The notes under the pieces: generated by a model | The model's database searches: none | Told to the model about the DNA's origin: nothing | The model's input: only the letters and a program-made list of their open reading frames with translations | Program-made: the position numbers and the translations under genes | NCBI GenBank assembly: GCA_951406725.2 | Contig: OX597831.1 | Span: 11,470,001-11,534,000 of the forward strand | Length of the DNA: 64,000 nt | From: Octopus vulgaris | Taxonomy: Eukaryota | Reading direction: 5' to 3' | In this document: piece after piece, positions 29,073-45,433 of the stretch | Position numbering within the stretch: the first letter of the stretch is position 1 | How the letters are laid out: each line of letters opens with the position of its first letter

Positions 29073-29284
29073 ATAGAATATATATATATTTATATATATA
29101 TATATGTATATATATAAATATCGAACTACTTTCCATTTCCGTCTACCAAATTCACTCACAAGGTTTTGATCGACCTGAGGGTATAATAGAAGACAATTGC
29201 CCAAGGTGCCACGTGATGGGACTGAACCCGGAAGCAAGTGGTTGAGAAGCAAATTTCTAACCACTTAGCCATGCATATGCCTAT
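28515..29284 (-). mobile_element. SINE family A interrupted in its internal microsatellite by a hammerhead-bearing element
   Basis: 3' half at about 28515-28705, 5' half at about 29120-29284. Confidence 0.8.
28795..28992 (+). mobile_element. (TA)n-flanked short element with a degenerate minimal hammerhead at 28856-28891
   Basis: GTTT-CAGAAAA-A-GAGC-gtct-GCTC-GAAA-CG-TT-AAAC: stems I and II intact, core has two substitutions. Confidence 0.6.
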
Positions 29285-29321
29285 ATACTATACAATGTGT
29301 GCGTGTATGTGTGTGTGTTTG

Positions 29322-29394
<73 letters not shown>

Positions 29395-30515
29395 ATATAT
29401 GTTTGTGTGTCTGTGTTTACCCCCAACATCGCTTGGCAACCGATACTGGTGTGTTCACGTCCCCGTAACTTAGCGGTTCGGCAAAAGACACCGATATAAT
29501 AAGTACTAGGCTTACAAAGAATAAATCCTGGGGTCGATTTGGTCGACTAAAGGCGGTGCTCCAACAGGACTGCAGTCATCTTTTTCGTTTACCGTCTACC
29601 GAATCTATTCACAAGTTCGGCCCGAGGCTATAGTAGAAGACACTTACCCAAGGTGTCACACAGCCATGCGGTTGGGAAGCAAGCTTTTTACCTCACAACC
29701 ACACAGCACCATATTCCCCGATATTATCCATGTTTGCAAAAATATAAATTCCAAAGTTACCCGTCTTTAAATGGGTAACACTCTAATTTCAACAGAAATA
29801 AAATCGAAATCAACTATGAAACTCCTTCATTGACCAAATGACACATATCAGAGGAAGTAAAAGGTAGTGCTCCAGCATGACCGCAAATTTGAAGATGAAA
29901 CATTTTAAAGAATCAAAGAATTAAAGAATTATCAGTACCCAACAACGATATCTTCTTATTGAAGGTGGTCTCCTCGCCCTTCCATTCATCCCTGCCTCTT
30001 TTCATCTTTTTCTTCTTTATAACCCACAGCGTCTTCAGACCTCCATATACGGTAGTAACCACAAAGTCTTGCTCTATCTCTGCATAAAATCGACCCTCAT
30101 GGACGTCTTTCTTGTATACGCTTTTTTCCCCCCAACAGTTTTGGTTACGCAATGGCTTAAACTTAACGTTAACGGTTTCAAATCCACCAGTGTCGCCCAG
30201 CCGGCACATATTACTGATGCTGCCTCGTCATTATACAAGAAGCTGAGACAGAGTTAGGACAAAGAAGCGCAACAAGAGGGAAAGGGTTACAAATATTGTG
30301 TGAAAGACTACTTGATATCTTATATTTTTCACTTGTTTTAGTCGCCCTGTCTTGAAGGGGTCATTATTAGAAATAGATGCCAAGAAAAACTTTTAATTCA
30401 GGGGTTTATTTTATCTAAGTCTGTAGGGCACATTTCAGGAAATAAATAAAATTATATTTCGTTTCTTTTCAATGATTGAATAGGAATGTGATGGAAAAAA
30501 AAAAAAACATGCATA

Positions 30516-30696
30516 TAGGCGCAGGCGTGGCTGTGTGGTAATAAGCTTGCTTGCCAACCGCATGGTTCCGGGTTCAGTCCCACTGCGTTGCACCTTGGAC
30601 AAGTGTCTTCTGCTATAGCCTCAAGCCGACCAAAGTTTTGTGAGTGGATTTTAGTAGACGGAAACTGAAAGAAGCCCATCGTATTTATACTTCTTT

Positions 30697-30738
<42 letters not shown>

Positions 30739-30960
30739 TGTGTGTGTCTTTGTCTGTGTTTGTCCGCCCCACCATCGCTTGAGACCGATGTTGGTGTGTT
30801 TATGACCCCGTAACTTAGTGGTTTGGCAAAAAATTAAAAAACGATGAAATAAGTACCAGTCTTGAAAATGCTGGAGTCGAAATTTTTCAACAAAAACACG
30901 TTAAGGCGATATTCCAACATGGCCGCAGCCGACCGAAACAAATAAATGAATAAAAGAAAA
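30516..30960 (+). mobile_element. SINE family A
   Basis: Sequence match. Confidence 0.88.
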
Positions 30961-31344
30961 CAGAGAGAATTTCCACATGAAGGACAGTGATTTTGTCTGC
31001 AAAAGATTTCAGACATGACGATGTATAGGTGCCTGGAAATGGTGGAAATGTCTAAATATTGTGCTGGGAAGTGACACATTTCTTCTCTGGAGAATCTGAA
31101 ATGAGGAACATCAAAGAAGAAGAAAAACAAAAACAAAAAACCCAGAAAATTTTTGAAAACGTGAATTACACTTTTAGCATGTGTGTAAGTTGATGTTTGC
31201 GTATATTCGTATGTGTGTGTACAAGGGAACGACACTGTATGTATATATATGTATGCGTATAAGTGCATGTATAAATATACATATGTGTGTGCAAACATAT
31301 AAGTATATTACATATACGTATATAAATATAGCATATATATATAT

Positions 31345-31384
<40 letters not shown>

Positions 31385-31537
31385 GTACATGCATACATAC
31401 ATATATACATACATAATATGCATGTATATAATGTATACATTATACATGGATATATACTTATACACATATATCGGATGGATAATATATATATATATACATA
31501 TGTCTATCTAGTTCTCTCTCTCTCTCTCTCTGTCACG

Positions 31538-31594
<57 letters not shown>

Positions 31595-31610
31595 CATTAC
31601 ATATATATAC

Positions 31611-31654
<44 letters not shown>

Positions 31655-32590
31655 TATATATAATATATATATATTCATGAATGTATACGTGTGCTTGCGC
31701 GTGCACGCACTCACATACATACGTACATATATATAGCAAGAGAGAGGGAAAAGTTTCTCCCAATTGTCTCTCTCTTGCGGTCTGTGAAATATCTCAACAC
31801 GCCGCTGGATATGGACAAGACAATGTCTGCAGAAAGGCAGAGACGCTGTACAGATCTCTCTGCTGTAAACATGAAAGTTACGCAGCAGAAGAAAACGAAC
31901 TCCAGCTATTGGTGAGGAAAGCATGGCCGTTAATGTCTGGTGTTCCAGCATGGCCGCAGTTTAATGACTGAAACAAGTAATAAATAAATAAAAATATAGC
32001 GGTATGGTTTCGGAACCACGTGGTTCCAAGTTCACTTCCAATGCGCGCCAACTTGGGCAAACGTCTTCTACTAAAGGCCAAGGGCTGATCCTTGCCCTCT
32101 GAGTAACTTTCGTAGAAAGAAACTTGCCAGGTATTTATATGTGCGTGTGTATGCGTGTGTATATGTATGTGTGTTTGTGTGTGCATGTGTGTGTATGTGT
32201 TTATGGATGTGTGTGTATGTATGTGTGTGTATGTGTGTGTATGTGTGTGTATGTATGTGTGTGTATCTGTGTGTATGTATGTGTATGTGCTCGACTACAG
32301 CCCATGTTTTATTCTTTGGAATTTTCTGAGGTGGTATAGCGTCTTTTGGCGTCTATTTCTAGCGAGTGGAGAGGCTTATAGCCAATCCCTTGTTATAATT
32401 GTGTATATAATTATTATAATATGCATATATCCTTCTTATAGCCAGTGTTTTCTTCCGTAGAACTTATGCCATGTAAAGTCACCGGAGTCGAAGTTTCAAT
32501 CAGTTGAGCACTACAAAGTGTCTTCTCCATGATCAATATATGTTTGCATGTAAATGTGTGTGCACGCGCGTGCGTATGTGCTTAGATTTA

Positions 32591-33254
32591 GTTTTTCTTC
32601 TAGCGCTGTTCGCAGTAGATCTCCTTTGGATTAGGGTTTAAAAGTTCAAAGTGGACGAAACTTTTCATATCCTACCAAACAGATCACAACACCTTACGTG
32701 GATGAACACTTTCTATGGCCTGGGGTGCCTGTGTTTCTCCTTTCCCAACCCACTGTCTTCGACGCTTGACAGTTTTATAGAGAGCCTATTTCTCGTCACC
32801 ACTCACTATTCGGTCCATAAATGCTTCATTCGTTAAACGTGACTGCAAAGAAAAGCACACATTTATTCTTTGCGCCCATTTAGACACGAAATTATTTGTG
32901 AGGAACCAATTGACCAAATTTACTGACTTTTCTGAATGCACGCAAGTGTCGATGAACGGTTCAATGACTAAATCCAAGCTTCTCTGCTAGTTCCTCAACA
33001 GTTACAATGGGATTTTGTTCCAAGAGGATTTGCAGGACGTCCTCGTCCTGCTCTACAGATGTTCCACGACGGAATTTGTCTTGTAGGTTGTAGTTTCCAG
33101 CTTGGAATTTCTGGAACCACCGTTGATACTGGTTTATACTTATTGTCCGATCCCCATATACTGCATTAATATTCCTTGCATTTTCCATTGCATTCTTGCC
33201 TTTATTGAACTCATAAAGCAAAATATGCTGAATATGCTCCTTTGTTACTTTCAT
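32591..33254 (-). pseudogene. Mariner (Tc1/mariner) transposase pseudogene: N-terminal HTH plus start of the catalytic domain
   Basis: HILLYEFNKG..ARNINAVYG..QRWFQKF HTH; then, across frameshifts and stops, VPH, DRIVSGDEK, HPRKVL*SVW*DMK..VHFELL and YCEQ. Confidence 0.92.
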
Positions 33255-33564
33255 TATAGCTTTGAAAAAATAACTGTTAAAATTGAACTGCACTCGTGAA
33301 AACGTGTACTAAGAATAAGTACGAGGTAAAATTACTACATTCTTTTAAATCAAATTGATGTCTGTATACAAAGCAAATTGATACACACACACACACACAC
33401 ATATCTATCAATCTATCGATCTATATTTCTATATACTTTAATAAAGCAAATCACTCTACCTCCGGTATTCGAGTATCTTTCTTCGCCTTGTTTCAAATGT
33501 ATGCATTTATTTTGTTATATCTATCTATCATCTACATCTATCTTTTTTTTTTTTTTTTTTGATC

Positions 33565-33622
<58 letters not shown>

Positions 33623-33764
33623 ACATATATACATATAAATATATACATGCATGTATGTGCGTATATACGAATCCATATAAAATATATATCATATATATAA
33701 TCTACTTAAAATATAAATATATGTGTATATATATATATAGAGAGAGAGAGAAAGGTAGATAGGC

Positions 33765-33812
<48 letters not shown>

Positions 33813-33820
33813 AAAGATAA

Positions 33821-33901
<81 letters not shown>

Positions 33902-33902
33902 A

Positions 33903-33967
<65 letters not shown>

Positions 33968-33970
33968 TAA

Positions 33971-34071
<101 letters not shown>

Positions 34072-34281
34072 CAGAAAGAAAGAGATAGAGACAGAGGTAG
34101 GGGAGAGAGAGAGACGGTAAACCTGAGACGTGTATGTTCCTACTTCCACGCTTTGCTGCGAGAAAACTTTTTTCTCCAAAGCTTTTGTTCTTATTTTTGA
34201 AGTGCTTATTGTAAATGCTCCTGTTAGCTCTGTGGAAATTAACGCAGTTTCTGGTGCCTCTGTTTATAATATAGACATACA

Positions 34282-34322
<41 letters not shown>

Positions 34323-34493
34323 TAGATAGATTGATAGATAGGTAGATAGATAGATAGATATAGATATATATATATATATGTTTTATGTATGTTTGTATGT
34401 ATATATATATACACACAAACATACATGTTTATATTTATATACATCTGTAAAAATACATATACTTATATGTATATATCTATCTATCTATCTATC

Positions 34494-34548
<55 letters not shown>

Positions 34549-34674
34549 GTAAACACACAAACAGACACACACACACACATATACATATATACTTATAGAT
34601 ATAAAGCATATATACAAGTACAAATACATCCATGCACACAGATACAACTATATATACACTTACACACACACACA

Positions 34675-34761
<87 letters not shown>

Positions 34762-35199
34762 ACACATCTATCACGCTCTTGTTGCTGCTGCCAAGCCTTT
34801 ATAATCTGGTCAAATCAATTCCTCTTTCGACTCCATCATTCTGACACAAACGATAAGCACTCTGCGTGATTTGTCTTTTATTGTAATTTAATTGTTTTCT
34901 GCAAACAGAACGCACACACCACCCGCCCTCCACCCTCCACCCTCTCTCACACACTATCAACAACTCACAGACTCACATATATACCCACATGTACAATAAA
35001 CCCAACCTCTTTCTGTAACACACAGACGAAAACACTCACTCAAACGCAAACACATACATAAATACATACACACACACACACACACACAACCCATTTCTAA
35101 TATCAATAATTCGAAACTAACCGTGATAACCACAAAAAAAATAAAGACTAACAAGCAATTACTCATTGTAAAGCCATGTGCATATATATCTATATGGGT

Positions 35200-35476
<277 letters not shown>

Positions 35477-35595
35477 AATAAAATTATACACCTTGCAGAG
35501 ATATTAGGCATTAAATACGAAATAAAACACACTAACACGTTTAAAACCCAATAGACATGCATCTTATATTTTTTTGAAACGTACATCATCCATTG

Positions 35596-36060
<465 letters not shown>

Positions 36061-36286
36061 GTGGTCGTAATGGTGCTGGTTCTGGTGGTTATGAGAATCC
36101 ACTCCTCTCATCCTATTCCCACAGACCCCCTCCCCCCCACTACGCATTCCTCCGCCCCTTATCATTACAATCCTTTCGTCATGTGCGGAAGAGGAATTTT
36201 TTTTTGTTTTAAAAAAAGAGGCAATTAAATTAAAACGTGAGTGGAAATTGATTCCATTATTTAAAAGGGAAACCAGCGAATGATAT

Positions 36287-36330
<44 letters not shown>

Positions 36331-36440
36331 ACATAGCAATAGATAGATAAGCATATTCATATAATATATATATACCCACATGTATACATATCTCTGTTTC
36401 TCCCTCTCTCTACTACCCTACACATCTATCCATCTATCTG

Positions 36441-36478
<38 letters not shown>

Positions 36479-36479
36479 A

Positions 36480-36522
<43 letters not shown>

Positions 36523-36677
36523 AATCTATCTATATATATATACTACAAACACACCAAAGCACAAACGCAAACACACACGCACATTCATATATATATATGC
36601 ACATACATATGCATATCTACATGTGTACACATGCATACACATACATAGATATATCATTCTAATAACATATATATAAC

Positions 36678-36718
<41 letters not shown>

Positions 36719-36766
36719 TATATATATGTATATATATATATTTATATATACAACTATATATATGTA

Positions 36767-36846
<80 letters not shown>

Positions 36847-37418
36847 GCGTATGTATATATATATTTGTATATCTGCTTATGTTTCATACAACAAAACAAA
36901 AATAAAAGCAGCGTAACATACCAAAAAAAATTATAATAAACCAAAAAATTAAGAGAAAGGAGACATAGAATGGTAAAAACCATAACCGTGTGTCCGGACA
37001 AAAAAAATCACAATAAAAATAAAGATTTTCAAAGAATTAAAACAAAAGTAGAATAATTCGAAGTTTAAAACAATCAAAATAATAAATAAATATTATGTAT
37101 GTATGTATGAGTGTATGTATGTATGTGTGTATGTATGTGTGTGTGTGTGTATGTGTGTGTGTGTGTGTGACCTTCTCTGTGACCAAGGGAGAAAGAATGT
37201 CTTGTGGAGTTTTGCTATATTTTTTAATCGTTCAAAGAGTGGATTGAAGTCGAGGCCACACGCGCCGGACGTATTTTTTTTTTATATAAGTGGTGTTTTT
37301 GTAGGGGTCGGGCTGGGGTACGGGTGTCTGGGTAGCGGAGGTGGGGGGAATCAGCGGTTTATTTCGTCATTTGTTGGTTGGAGAAGAGAGTCGTTATATC
37401 TATCTATCTGTCTTTCTG

Positions 37419-37470
<52 letters not shown>

Positions 37471-37680
37471 CATATATGTACATATATATATATATACGTA
37501 CATACATATATATATATATCGATAGATAAGATATACATTTATGTACCTATACATACATGTATATATGTATAATATACATACATATATATATATATATATA
37601 CATATATATATGTATATATATATATGTATATGTGTGTGTATATATATATATATAGACAAAAACAACATACACACATATAC

Positions 37681-37749
<69 letters not shown>

Positions 37750-37846
37750 TATATACATATACATATATATATATAGAGAGAGAGATACATATAGCGATGA
37801 GAGTGAGAGTGAAGCACACATATATATATATGTGTGCGTTTGTATG

Positions 37847-37878
<32 letters not shown>

Positions 37879-38784
37879 TATGTATGTATGTATGCTTGTA
37901 TGTATGTATGTATGTATGTATGTATGTATGTATGTATGTATGTAGTTCCCTGTTCGCAAGTGTATGTGAATGACACACACGTTACCGTTTGGTAATAAGA
38001 TTCCAAAAATGATTTCCATGGACTCAACTGATATTTTCTATTTATTTTTGTTTAAATTATGTTATTTGAACCTTTTTTTCTTTGTTTTGTTTATATCTCT
38101 GTATGTCTCTTCTTATTTGCGTATGTGCGCACTTAATTTCTGAAATAAAAATGAATTAAAAATAAAATAAAACTCTAAACTAAAACATCGGAATAATTTG
38201 ATTTCATTGGCCGAATCCGTAAGAGTGATATTAAAAAAAAAATTTATTTCATTTGTGCTTTTTGTTTTGAGTTCGCATCCGTCCACGGGTAGGAATTCGT
38301 TTCATGAGCTAGCAGCATAATTAAGCACTTTGGAGAAATTCTTTCGCATTTCCTCTGGTTCTTTGTGTTCTGTGTACAACTCTGCCGAGATCAATCTTTA
38401 GAGGTCGATAAAAGAAGTACCAGTTTAGCCCTGGCCTCGAGGAAAGCATCTGGCTCCCTCTCCCCTCCACCACTAACAAAAAAAAAATTAAATTGTAGAC
38501 TTTCTACCTGTAGTAGAAAAATGATATAATAAAACAAAAAACAGGTGGCGAATCGTTATCACGCCGGATAAAATGCTTAGCGGCAATTCGTCCGTCTGTA
38601 CGATCTAAGTTCAAATTCCGTCAAGGTTGACTTAGCCAGTCATCCTTCGCGAACGATAAAATAGATACTATTTGAGTACTGGGGTCGATCTAATCCACTG
38701 GCCCCATCTCCCAAAATTGCAGAATTTCAAGCCTTTGTACCTATAGTAGAAAGGATTCTTCTTCTTATTATTATTATTATTATT

Positions 38785-38822
<38 letters not shown>

Positions 38823-38839
38823 TATCATCATTATCATCA

Positions 38840-38949
<110 letters not shown>

Positions 38950-39325
38950 GATTGAGGGTACACTAGGCACATGCATCACAACCATATGTGCGCAACATGG
39001 TGATTTCATATCAAGATAAACAGCACATGACCTTGCAGGTGGGGCCCAGTTAGAATTTTCTTCTGGTCGAGTAACCCATCCCGATCAAAAGATCCCTGAA
39101 TAAGGGCTGTTTAAGGATGTTGAACAAAATACCCATGCTTCCAGATGTGAATTATTCAAACCTCAAAGAATCCCTCTCAACACATGGCTATGATGCTCCG
39201 TCACTACTTCTGCTTGTGATCAGAGATGCACATATCGTCAGCCATTAAGGGACATGCTCAACTGGTTATGGTCAAGCAACTGACAAGCAAATCTGTGGTA
39301 TTGAGCAGAATATTTGCTGTAGCCC
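38950..39325 (-). mobile_element. Repeat family D copy abutting an (ATT/ATC)n array
   Basis: Reverse-complement homology to about 19900-20330. Confidence 0.7.
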
Positions 39326-40324
39326 ATTATTATCATAAAAGACCGCTAGCTAGTAGAATTGTTAGAATGATGGGCGAAATGCTTAGCTGTTTTTTTTCTT
39401 TTCCATATTTACGTTCTGATTTCAAATGCCACCGAGGTCGTCTTCGCCTTTCATCACACTCGACATCGACGAAATAAATGTCTTCCTTTTATTAAGCTCT
39501 TCGAGTCACTCTAAGCAATTTTTTTGACAGAAATTAAATCGAAGTAAATTGCATCCACACCTTTCTCTTAAACTAACTCAGTCTTGTATTTTAATATTGG
39601 TTTCAAACTTTGGCACAAGGCCAGCAATTAATTAGGGGTGGGGGTAAGTCGATTACATCGGCCTCCCTCCAATACTCAACTGGTGCTTATTTCATCAAAC
39701 CTGGAAGGATAAAAGATGAAGTCGACCGCCAAGCGTTTGGCCAGGTGTGCTAATGATTCTGCACTTAGGTTTTTATTCTAATATTAGAATTAATTCTTCT
39801 TAATTAATTTCGCACATTCCTAATTAATTTAGCACATGGCTCCCGTGTGGTTTGAGCTGTGTCCAATCTTATGAGCATTCAGTCCAGGTCATTATTTTGA
39901 GGAAATTCCGCTATTTTCATCAATCTGTCTTGAAAGCCCTAAATGAATAGGAGTCACGTACGAGCTGCTTTTCTTCAGACTTAACCCACAAAACAGTATA
40001 CTCCTCGAAACATATGTGCGTTTTCATGTCAATGTACTTGAGTGCAAGCATCGTATTTTCTAGCACAGAAGTTTATAAATCTACAAAGTATCGACTTACG
40101 TATTATTTTTGTATGCCTTGTATATAAACGAGATGGAGGATGTATGGCGAGGCACATGGTTCGGTCTGATACCCCATCGTATATGTCGATCTCTTTCTCC
40201 CGACTAACCATTCTACCAGAAAGTTTTCTTTGTTGGATTGGGCTGGATCGGATCTGCCTGTCTGTCTGTCAATGTAACTGTCTCCTTGTCCGTCCCTCAG
40301 TCCGTTTGTTCGTTTGTCTGTCTG

Positions 40325-40369
<45 letters not shown>

Positions 40370-40399
40370 TTATCTATCCATCAATCTATCTTTCCATTG

Positions 40400-40463
<64 letters not shown>

Positions 40464-40725
40464 GTCTATCTGTCTGTCTGTCTGTCTGTCTGTCTATGTA
40501 CTAATCTATCTATCTATATACTTATCTATATATCTATCTAGCTATCTATCCATCTGTCTATCTGTCATTCTGTTCGTCTGTCAATATGCCTCTGCCTGTC
40601 TGTCTGTCTGTCTATCTATATATATATTTATCTGTCTATCTATCTATCGATGTAACTGTCTGCCTGTCCGTCCGTCCATCCGTCTGTCTGTCTATCTACC
40701 AACCTATATATCTACCCTTCCATTC

Positions 40726-40791
<66 letters not shown>

Positions 40792-41457
40792 AGGCATGTA
40801 TGTCTGTTCCTTTCCCTTCTTTCCCTCCTTTTTCCACCCCTCCCTACCATTCCCTACTCTGCCTCGCGTCTCTTCTCACTACACACCTCCCCCCACATAC
40901 ACAATTCCTCCCTTTCCACCCTCTTCCCTCCCTCCCTCACCCTCACTAAACTCTCCTAATACGAAGATTAATGACTTGTAGCCAGTGTTAAGACTGTTCT
41001 GTTCAATATCAGAGTTGAAACTGCCACCCTACAAACCAACAAACAAACATCCCAACAAGGGAGGTTACTACGTAGTCGCACATCATGTTAGAAATAGCAA
41101 CCAAATCTTCCTCTAATCACACAGTCTATTGTCTGAAATAAAAGATAGTTTCAATAAGGACTCCCAATTTCCTTTTGATGTGGTGAGCATATCTGGAACG
41201 GCATTGCTTTTAGTCCTAGAATTATTTGAATAACTAAATTTCCATACAAACCAGTTATGGTGGTTTTTTGGTAAATATTTGATTTGCCAGAAATAATAAG
41301 GGCAGCTAAGAAAAAGGAAGGACATACGGCCTTGGGTGGTGTACTTTTGGGTAGACATGTGTGTATGTGTGTGTGTACATATATATGTGTGTGTGTGTGT
41401 CTATGTGTGTTGTGCATACATATATATATATGTGCATGTATGATATAGATATATATA

Positions 41458-41493
<36 letters not shown>

Positions 41494-41515
41494 TGTATGT
41501 ATGTATGTATGTATG

Positions 41516-41572
<57 letters not shown>

Positions 41573-42036
41573 ATAGATAGATAGATACACACATATATAT
41601 ATATACATTAGCACACTGTCCATAAAATATTAGGCGAGAGGGTCATAGTTAGATTGCCCGTGATCATAGGCAATCTGCGGGATCAGGGCTAATATGGGGG
41701 TTAAGTAAAAACAACAACAACAAGTAGGACAACCTCCAAAACAGCTGCAGTAACAACATTAAGAGCAATAATAACGGTAAAAACCACCACCGCCACCACC
41801 ACCACTAACACCACAAACAACAACAACAACAATTGTCCTATTTACAGACCAAAGAAAGAAAAACGAATAAGATAAAGAAGCACAGTAATATTATATTGAT
41901 ACGAAATGATAGAGAAAACAGTAAAATAACGTTAAGAGACTAATCTGTGTAATGCTAGAGACTGAATGGGCGAATGGATGATGTATGTCTTGCAAGGAGT
42001 CGTAAGCAATACTCACATAGTTACGATGTAAGATCC

Positions 42037-42634
42037 GTGGAGGCGCAGTGGCCCAGTGGTTAGAGCAGTGGACTCGCGGTCGTAGAATCGCGGTTTCGAT
42101 TCCCAGGCGACGAGCTGGCAGAAACGTTACCACGCCGGACGAAATGCTCAGCGGTATTTCGTCTGTCGTTACGTTCTGAGTTCAAATTCCGCCGAGGTCA
42201 ACTTTGCCTTTCATCCTTTCGGGGTCGATAAATTAAGTACCGGGTACGCACTGGGGTCGATGTAATCGACTTAATACCTATGTCTGTCCTTGTTTGTCCC
42301 CTCTATGTTTAGCCCCTTGTGGGTAATAAAGAAATAGGTTTCGATTCCCAGAGCGAGCATTGTGAGGGTTTATTGAGCGAAAACACCTAAAGCCTTACCA
42401 GGCTCCGGAAAGGGGTGGTAGTGACTTCCTGTTGTACACTTTCGCCACAACTTTCTCTCACTCTTACTTCCTGTTTTATCTGTATTTCAAAGGGGCCAGC
42501 CTTGTCACCCTGAATCTCCACGAGAACTACATTAAGGGTACACGTGTCTGTGGAGTGCTCAGCCACTTCCACGTCAATTTCACGAGCAGATTGTTCCGTT
42601 GATCGGATCAACTGGAACTCTCGTCGTCGTAACC
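42037..42634 (+). mobile_element. SINE family C carrying a nested family B insertion
   Basis: Head at 42037-42106; body resumes at 42352. Confidence 0.9.
42107..42336 (+). mobile_element. SINE family B with 15-bp TSD GGTTTCGATTCCCAG
   Basis: TSD at 42092-42106 and 42337-42351. Confidence 0.92.
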
Positions 42635-43389
42635 AATTGAACACAAAATAAACGATGAAAATGTTTAATTATGAAAGGTAAATGAGAAATGCTTTGAAAA
42701 TAATTCTAAATCCGAAACAAAACTGAAAATAATTAACCCCTCATATGATAAACAATGCCGAAAGAATATTGGCATAATCCCTTTTTACAAAATATTAGAT
42801 TACATTGATTAACTATGAGAGACAAAGGAAGAATAGTTTATAAGAACCCTAAATCCGAAAATAAACCGGACATAGATACTACTACCACCACCACTGCAAA
42901 AATGACAACTTTGTCTTTCATGCATTATCCAAGAACACGTGTGTTTGAAATGGAAATCGAAAGCGCTCACAACACTCGAAAGAAACTTCAAAGAAACACA
43001 AAGGTTAGGAACGTTCTCAAATAATTTATGGCATTTTTTAAAAAAGATAATTTTTTTTGAAAAAACTTTTTTATACTTAATAAAAATGTATCAAGTAATT
43101 TTCACAAAAAAAAAAAAATGTGTGTGTGCTTGTAGTGTTGTGTTACGGGAGTCATAGTGCCTTAATATGAGACGCGAGTGGAAATTGAACCGGTGAGTGT
43201 GTTAGATATATCTCAGACACAACAGAATTTGCTTCGACACACGAATTCACAGAAGGAATCTTGCAAATAAATGCCATAAATAATATATATATATATATAT
43301 TTAACAATATAATAAATAAAACATATGCATACATACATATATGTACATACCTACATCTATATGTATATATACATGCATATATATATATG

Positions 43390-43595
43390 TGAGTACAGGA
43401 CACCACAAATAAACGTAGAACACAACGAGAAACGAAAACATAAAATCAAACAAGGAAACGGACTTTTTTTAACAACGAAAAAACAGAGTACAAGACAACC
43501 AACACAAGGAACATTCCCCTTCTTCAGCTGCCCCTGTTTCGACTCAATGCGTGTTTCGAAGGTAAGGGCAGAACACGATCCGGCCGAAGCAGTCG
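43390..43595 (-). mobile_element. Short TA-associated repeat, homologous to 61070-61244 (+)
   Basis: Shared AAACAGGGG(A)CAGCTGA.G.A..G.ATGTTC.TT.TGTTG and the end GTCCTGTAC.C. Confidence 0.6.
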
Positions 43596-43797
43596 AGAGA
43601 AAGAGAGAGAGAGGCAAACGTGGCTGTGTGGTAACAAGTTTGATTCCCAACCATATGGTTTCCGGTTCTATTCCACCTTGGGCAAGTGTCTTCTATCATA
43701 GCTTCAGACCGACCAAGCCTTGCAAGTGGATTTGGTAGAAGGAAACTGAAAGAAGCCTGTCGTATATTACATGCATATGTGCATATGTGCGTGTGTG

Positions 43798-43837
<40 letters not shown>

Positions 43838-43904
43838 TGTGTGTGTGTGTACGATGGAATTTGAAACAGATAAAGCTATATTAGCATGTAGATTATTGAA
43901 TTAA

Positions 43905-44215
43905 AAAGAAACAAGACCTTAGATGGGAACATGTCGAAAGCTATCCGTTGGAATTGAACTCACATCTCCTGGAGACAGGAATTTTCACCCAGCTACAAGA
44001 GGAAACCCATCCATGAAGAATTACTAGTAAGACCGACGATGGCCTGAGGTCTATGTGTAGATTCCTGGACTGGGCGGAGCGTCTGTCCTTGAGCAAGGAC
44101 ACAACCCTCTGGTAAGGATATCGAGCACAGATGTCCAAGATGGTTGAAAACAGCCTTCGTTACGTCTCTGGACACTGCTGGCCAACAACTGGCCAGTTTG
44201 GCCAGATAGGGCTAC
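43905..44215 (+). mobile_element. Possible degenerate RTE-type LINE 3' coding end
   Basis: LRWEHVES, TRGNP and LDWAERLSLSKDTTLW resemble RTE C-terminal motifs. Confidence 0.35.
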
Positions 44216-44425
44216 AGACATCATAGACAAGCTGCTAACGTGTTGCTCAGATCTTCACCCAGGAGTGAACTGGAAGGTGAGACGTATTCTAGCAGAGCCG
44301 TGTTGGCGCCGCCTGTGTGGCGCTGCTGATTCGACATCGGCTTATATGTGACATCAACCATTTCAATGGTTCCATCCTTTTGGTATTTCTTTTGTTCTCT
44401 CTCGCCACTGTTCTCTCTCGCCGCT

Positions 44426-44463
<38 letters not shown>

Positions 44464-44868
44464 TCTCTCTTTCTCTCTCTGCATGTGAGCGTTTAGTTGT
44501 GCATGTATGTATGTGTAATGTTTTTCTCCATCTTTCTCTGTCTCTCCCCCCTCTCTCTCTCTCTCTGTCTTTGTCTATCTATCTATCTATCTATTTATAT
44601 GTCAATATTTTTGCTCTCGCCTGCATGTCTGTGTGTCTGCTTGCCACCAATGCCAAAATCCACTGCCGCTAAAACAGGCTGAATGACCAAACAGCCGCGC
44701 CCAATCGCCAGCGCCTACACGGCCGTGCCCGGTCGTCTCATTTCATGAACTGGAAACATTTGAATAGAATAGAGATTATCCCGCACTACATTATCCGTGT
44801 GTTGTTGGAAGTTTGCATGGTGTGCAGCGGTGATGTTGGAGGTGGTGGTGGTAGCAGTGTCGTTGTTG

Positions 44869-44900
<32 letters not shown>

Positions 44901-45163
44901 AATGGTGATGGTGGTAATGTCGTTTAACTGTAAAAATGTATAAATCAAACAGGTAATTGAATTATGATAAATTATAATACAAATTGTTGGGCCTTTTATA
45001 TATTTTTTTTCGTTTTAGATGTGTGGGTTTGCGGATGACTTCATGTGTGTGTCTCTGTGTGGCCGCGTGTATTTGTCTGAACATCTCTCTATCCCTCTTC
45101 CTCCTCTCTTTGTCCCTGTCTCTTTCTCTCACTCACTCTTTCCTTCCTCTCTCCTGTTCCCTC

Positions 45164-45218
<55 letters not shown>

Positions 45219-45389
45219 CCTCTTGCGCTCTCTAACTCTCTAATTCTCTTTCTGTTTCACTCCATCTGTTCTTCTCCACTCCACTTCTCTCTTTCTCCAT
45301 TTCTTTTCCCTTTCACTGCAACGCTCTCACTCCCTCACTCTCCCTCTCCCTCTCCACTCCCTCACTCTCTCTTTCTTTCGATTACTCTG

Positions 45390-45433
<44 letters not shown>

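Noticed and set aside
43505-43560. CTGAAGA / CTGATGG plus GAAA motifs in the 43390 and 61070 repeat as a hammerhead
   Set aside because: GAAA does not follow stem II and I could not build stems I and III.
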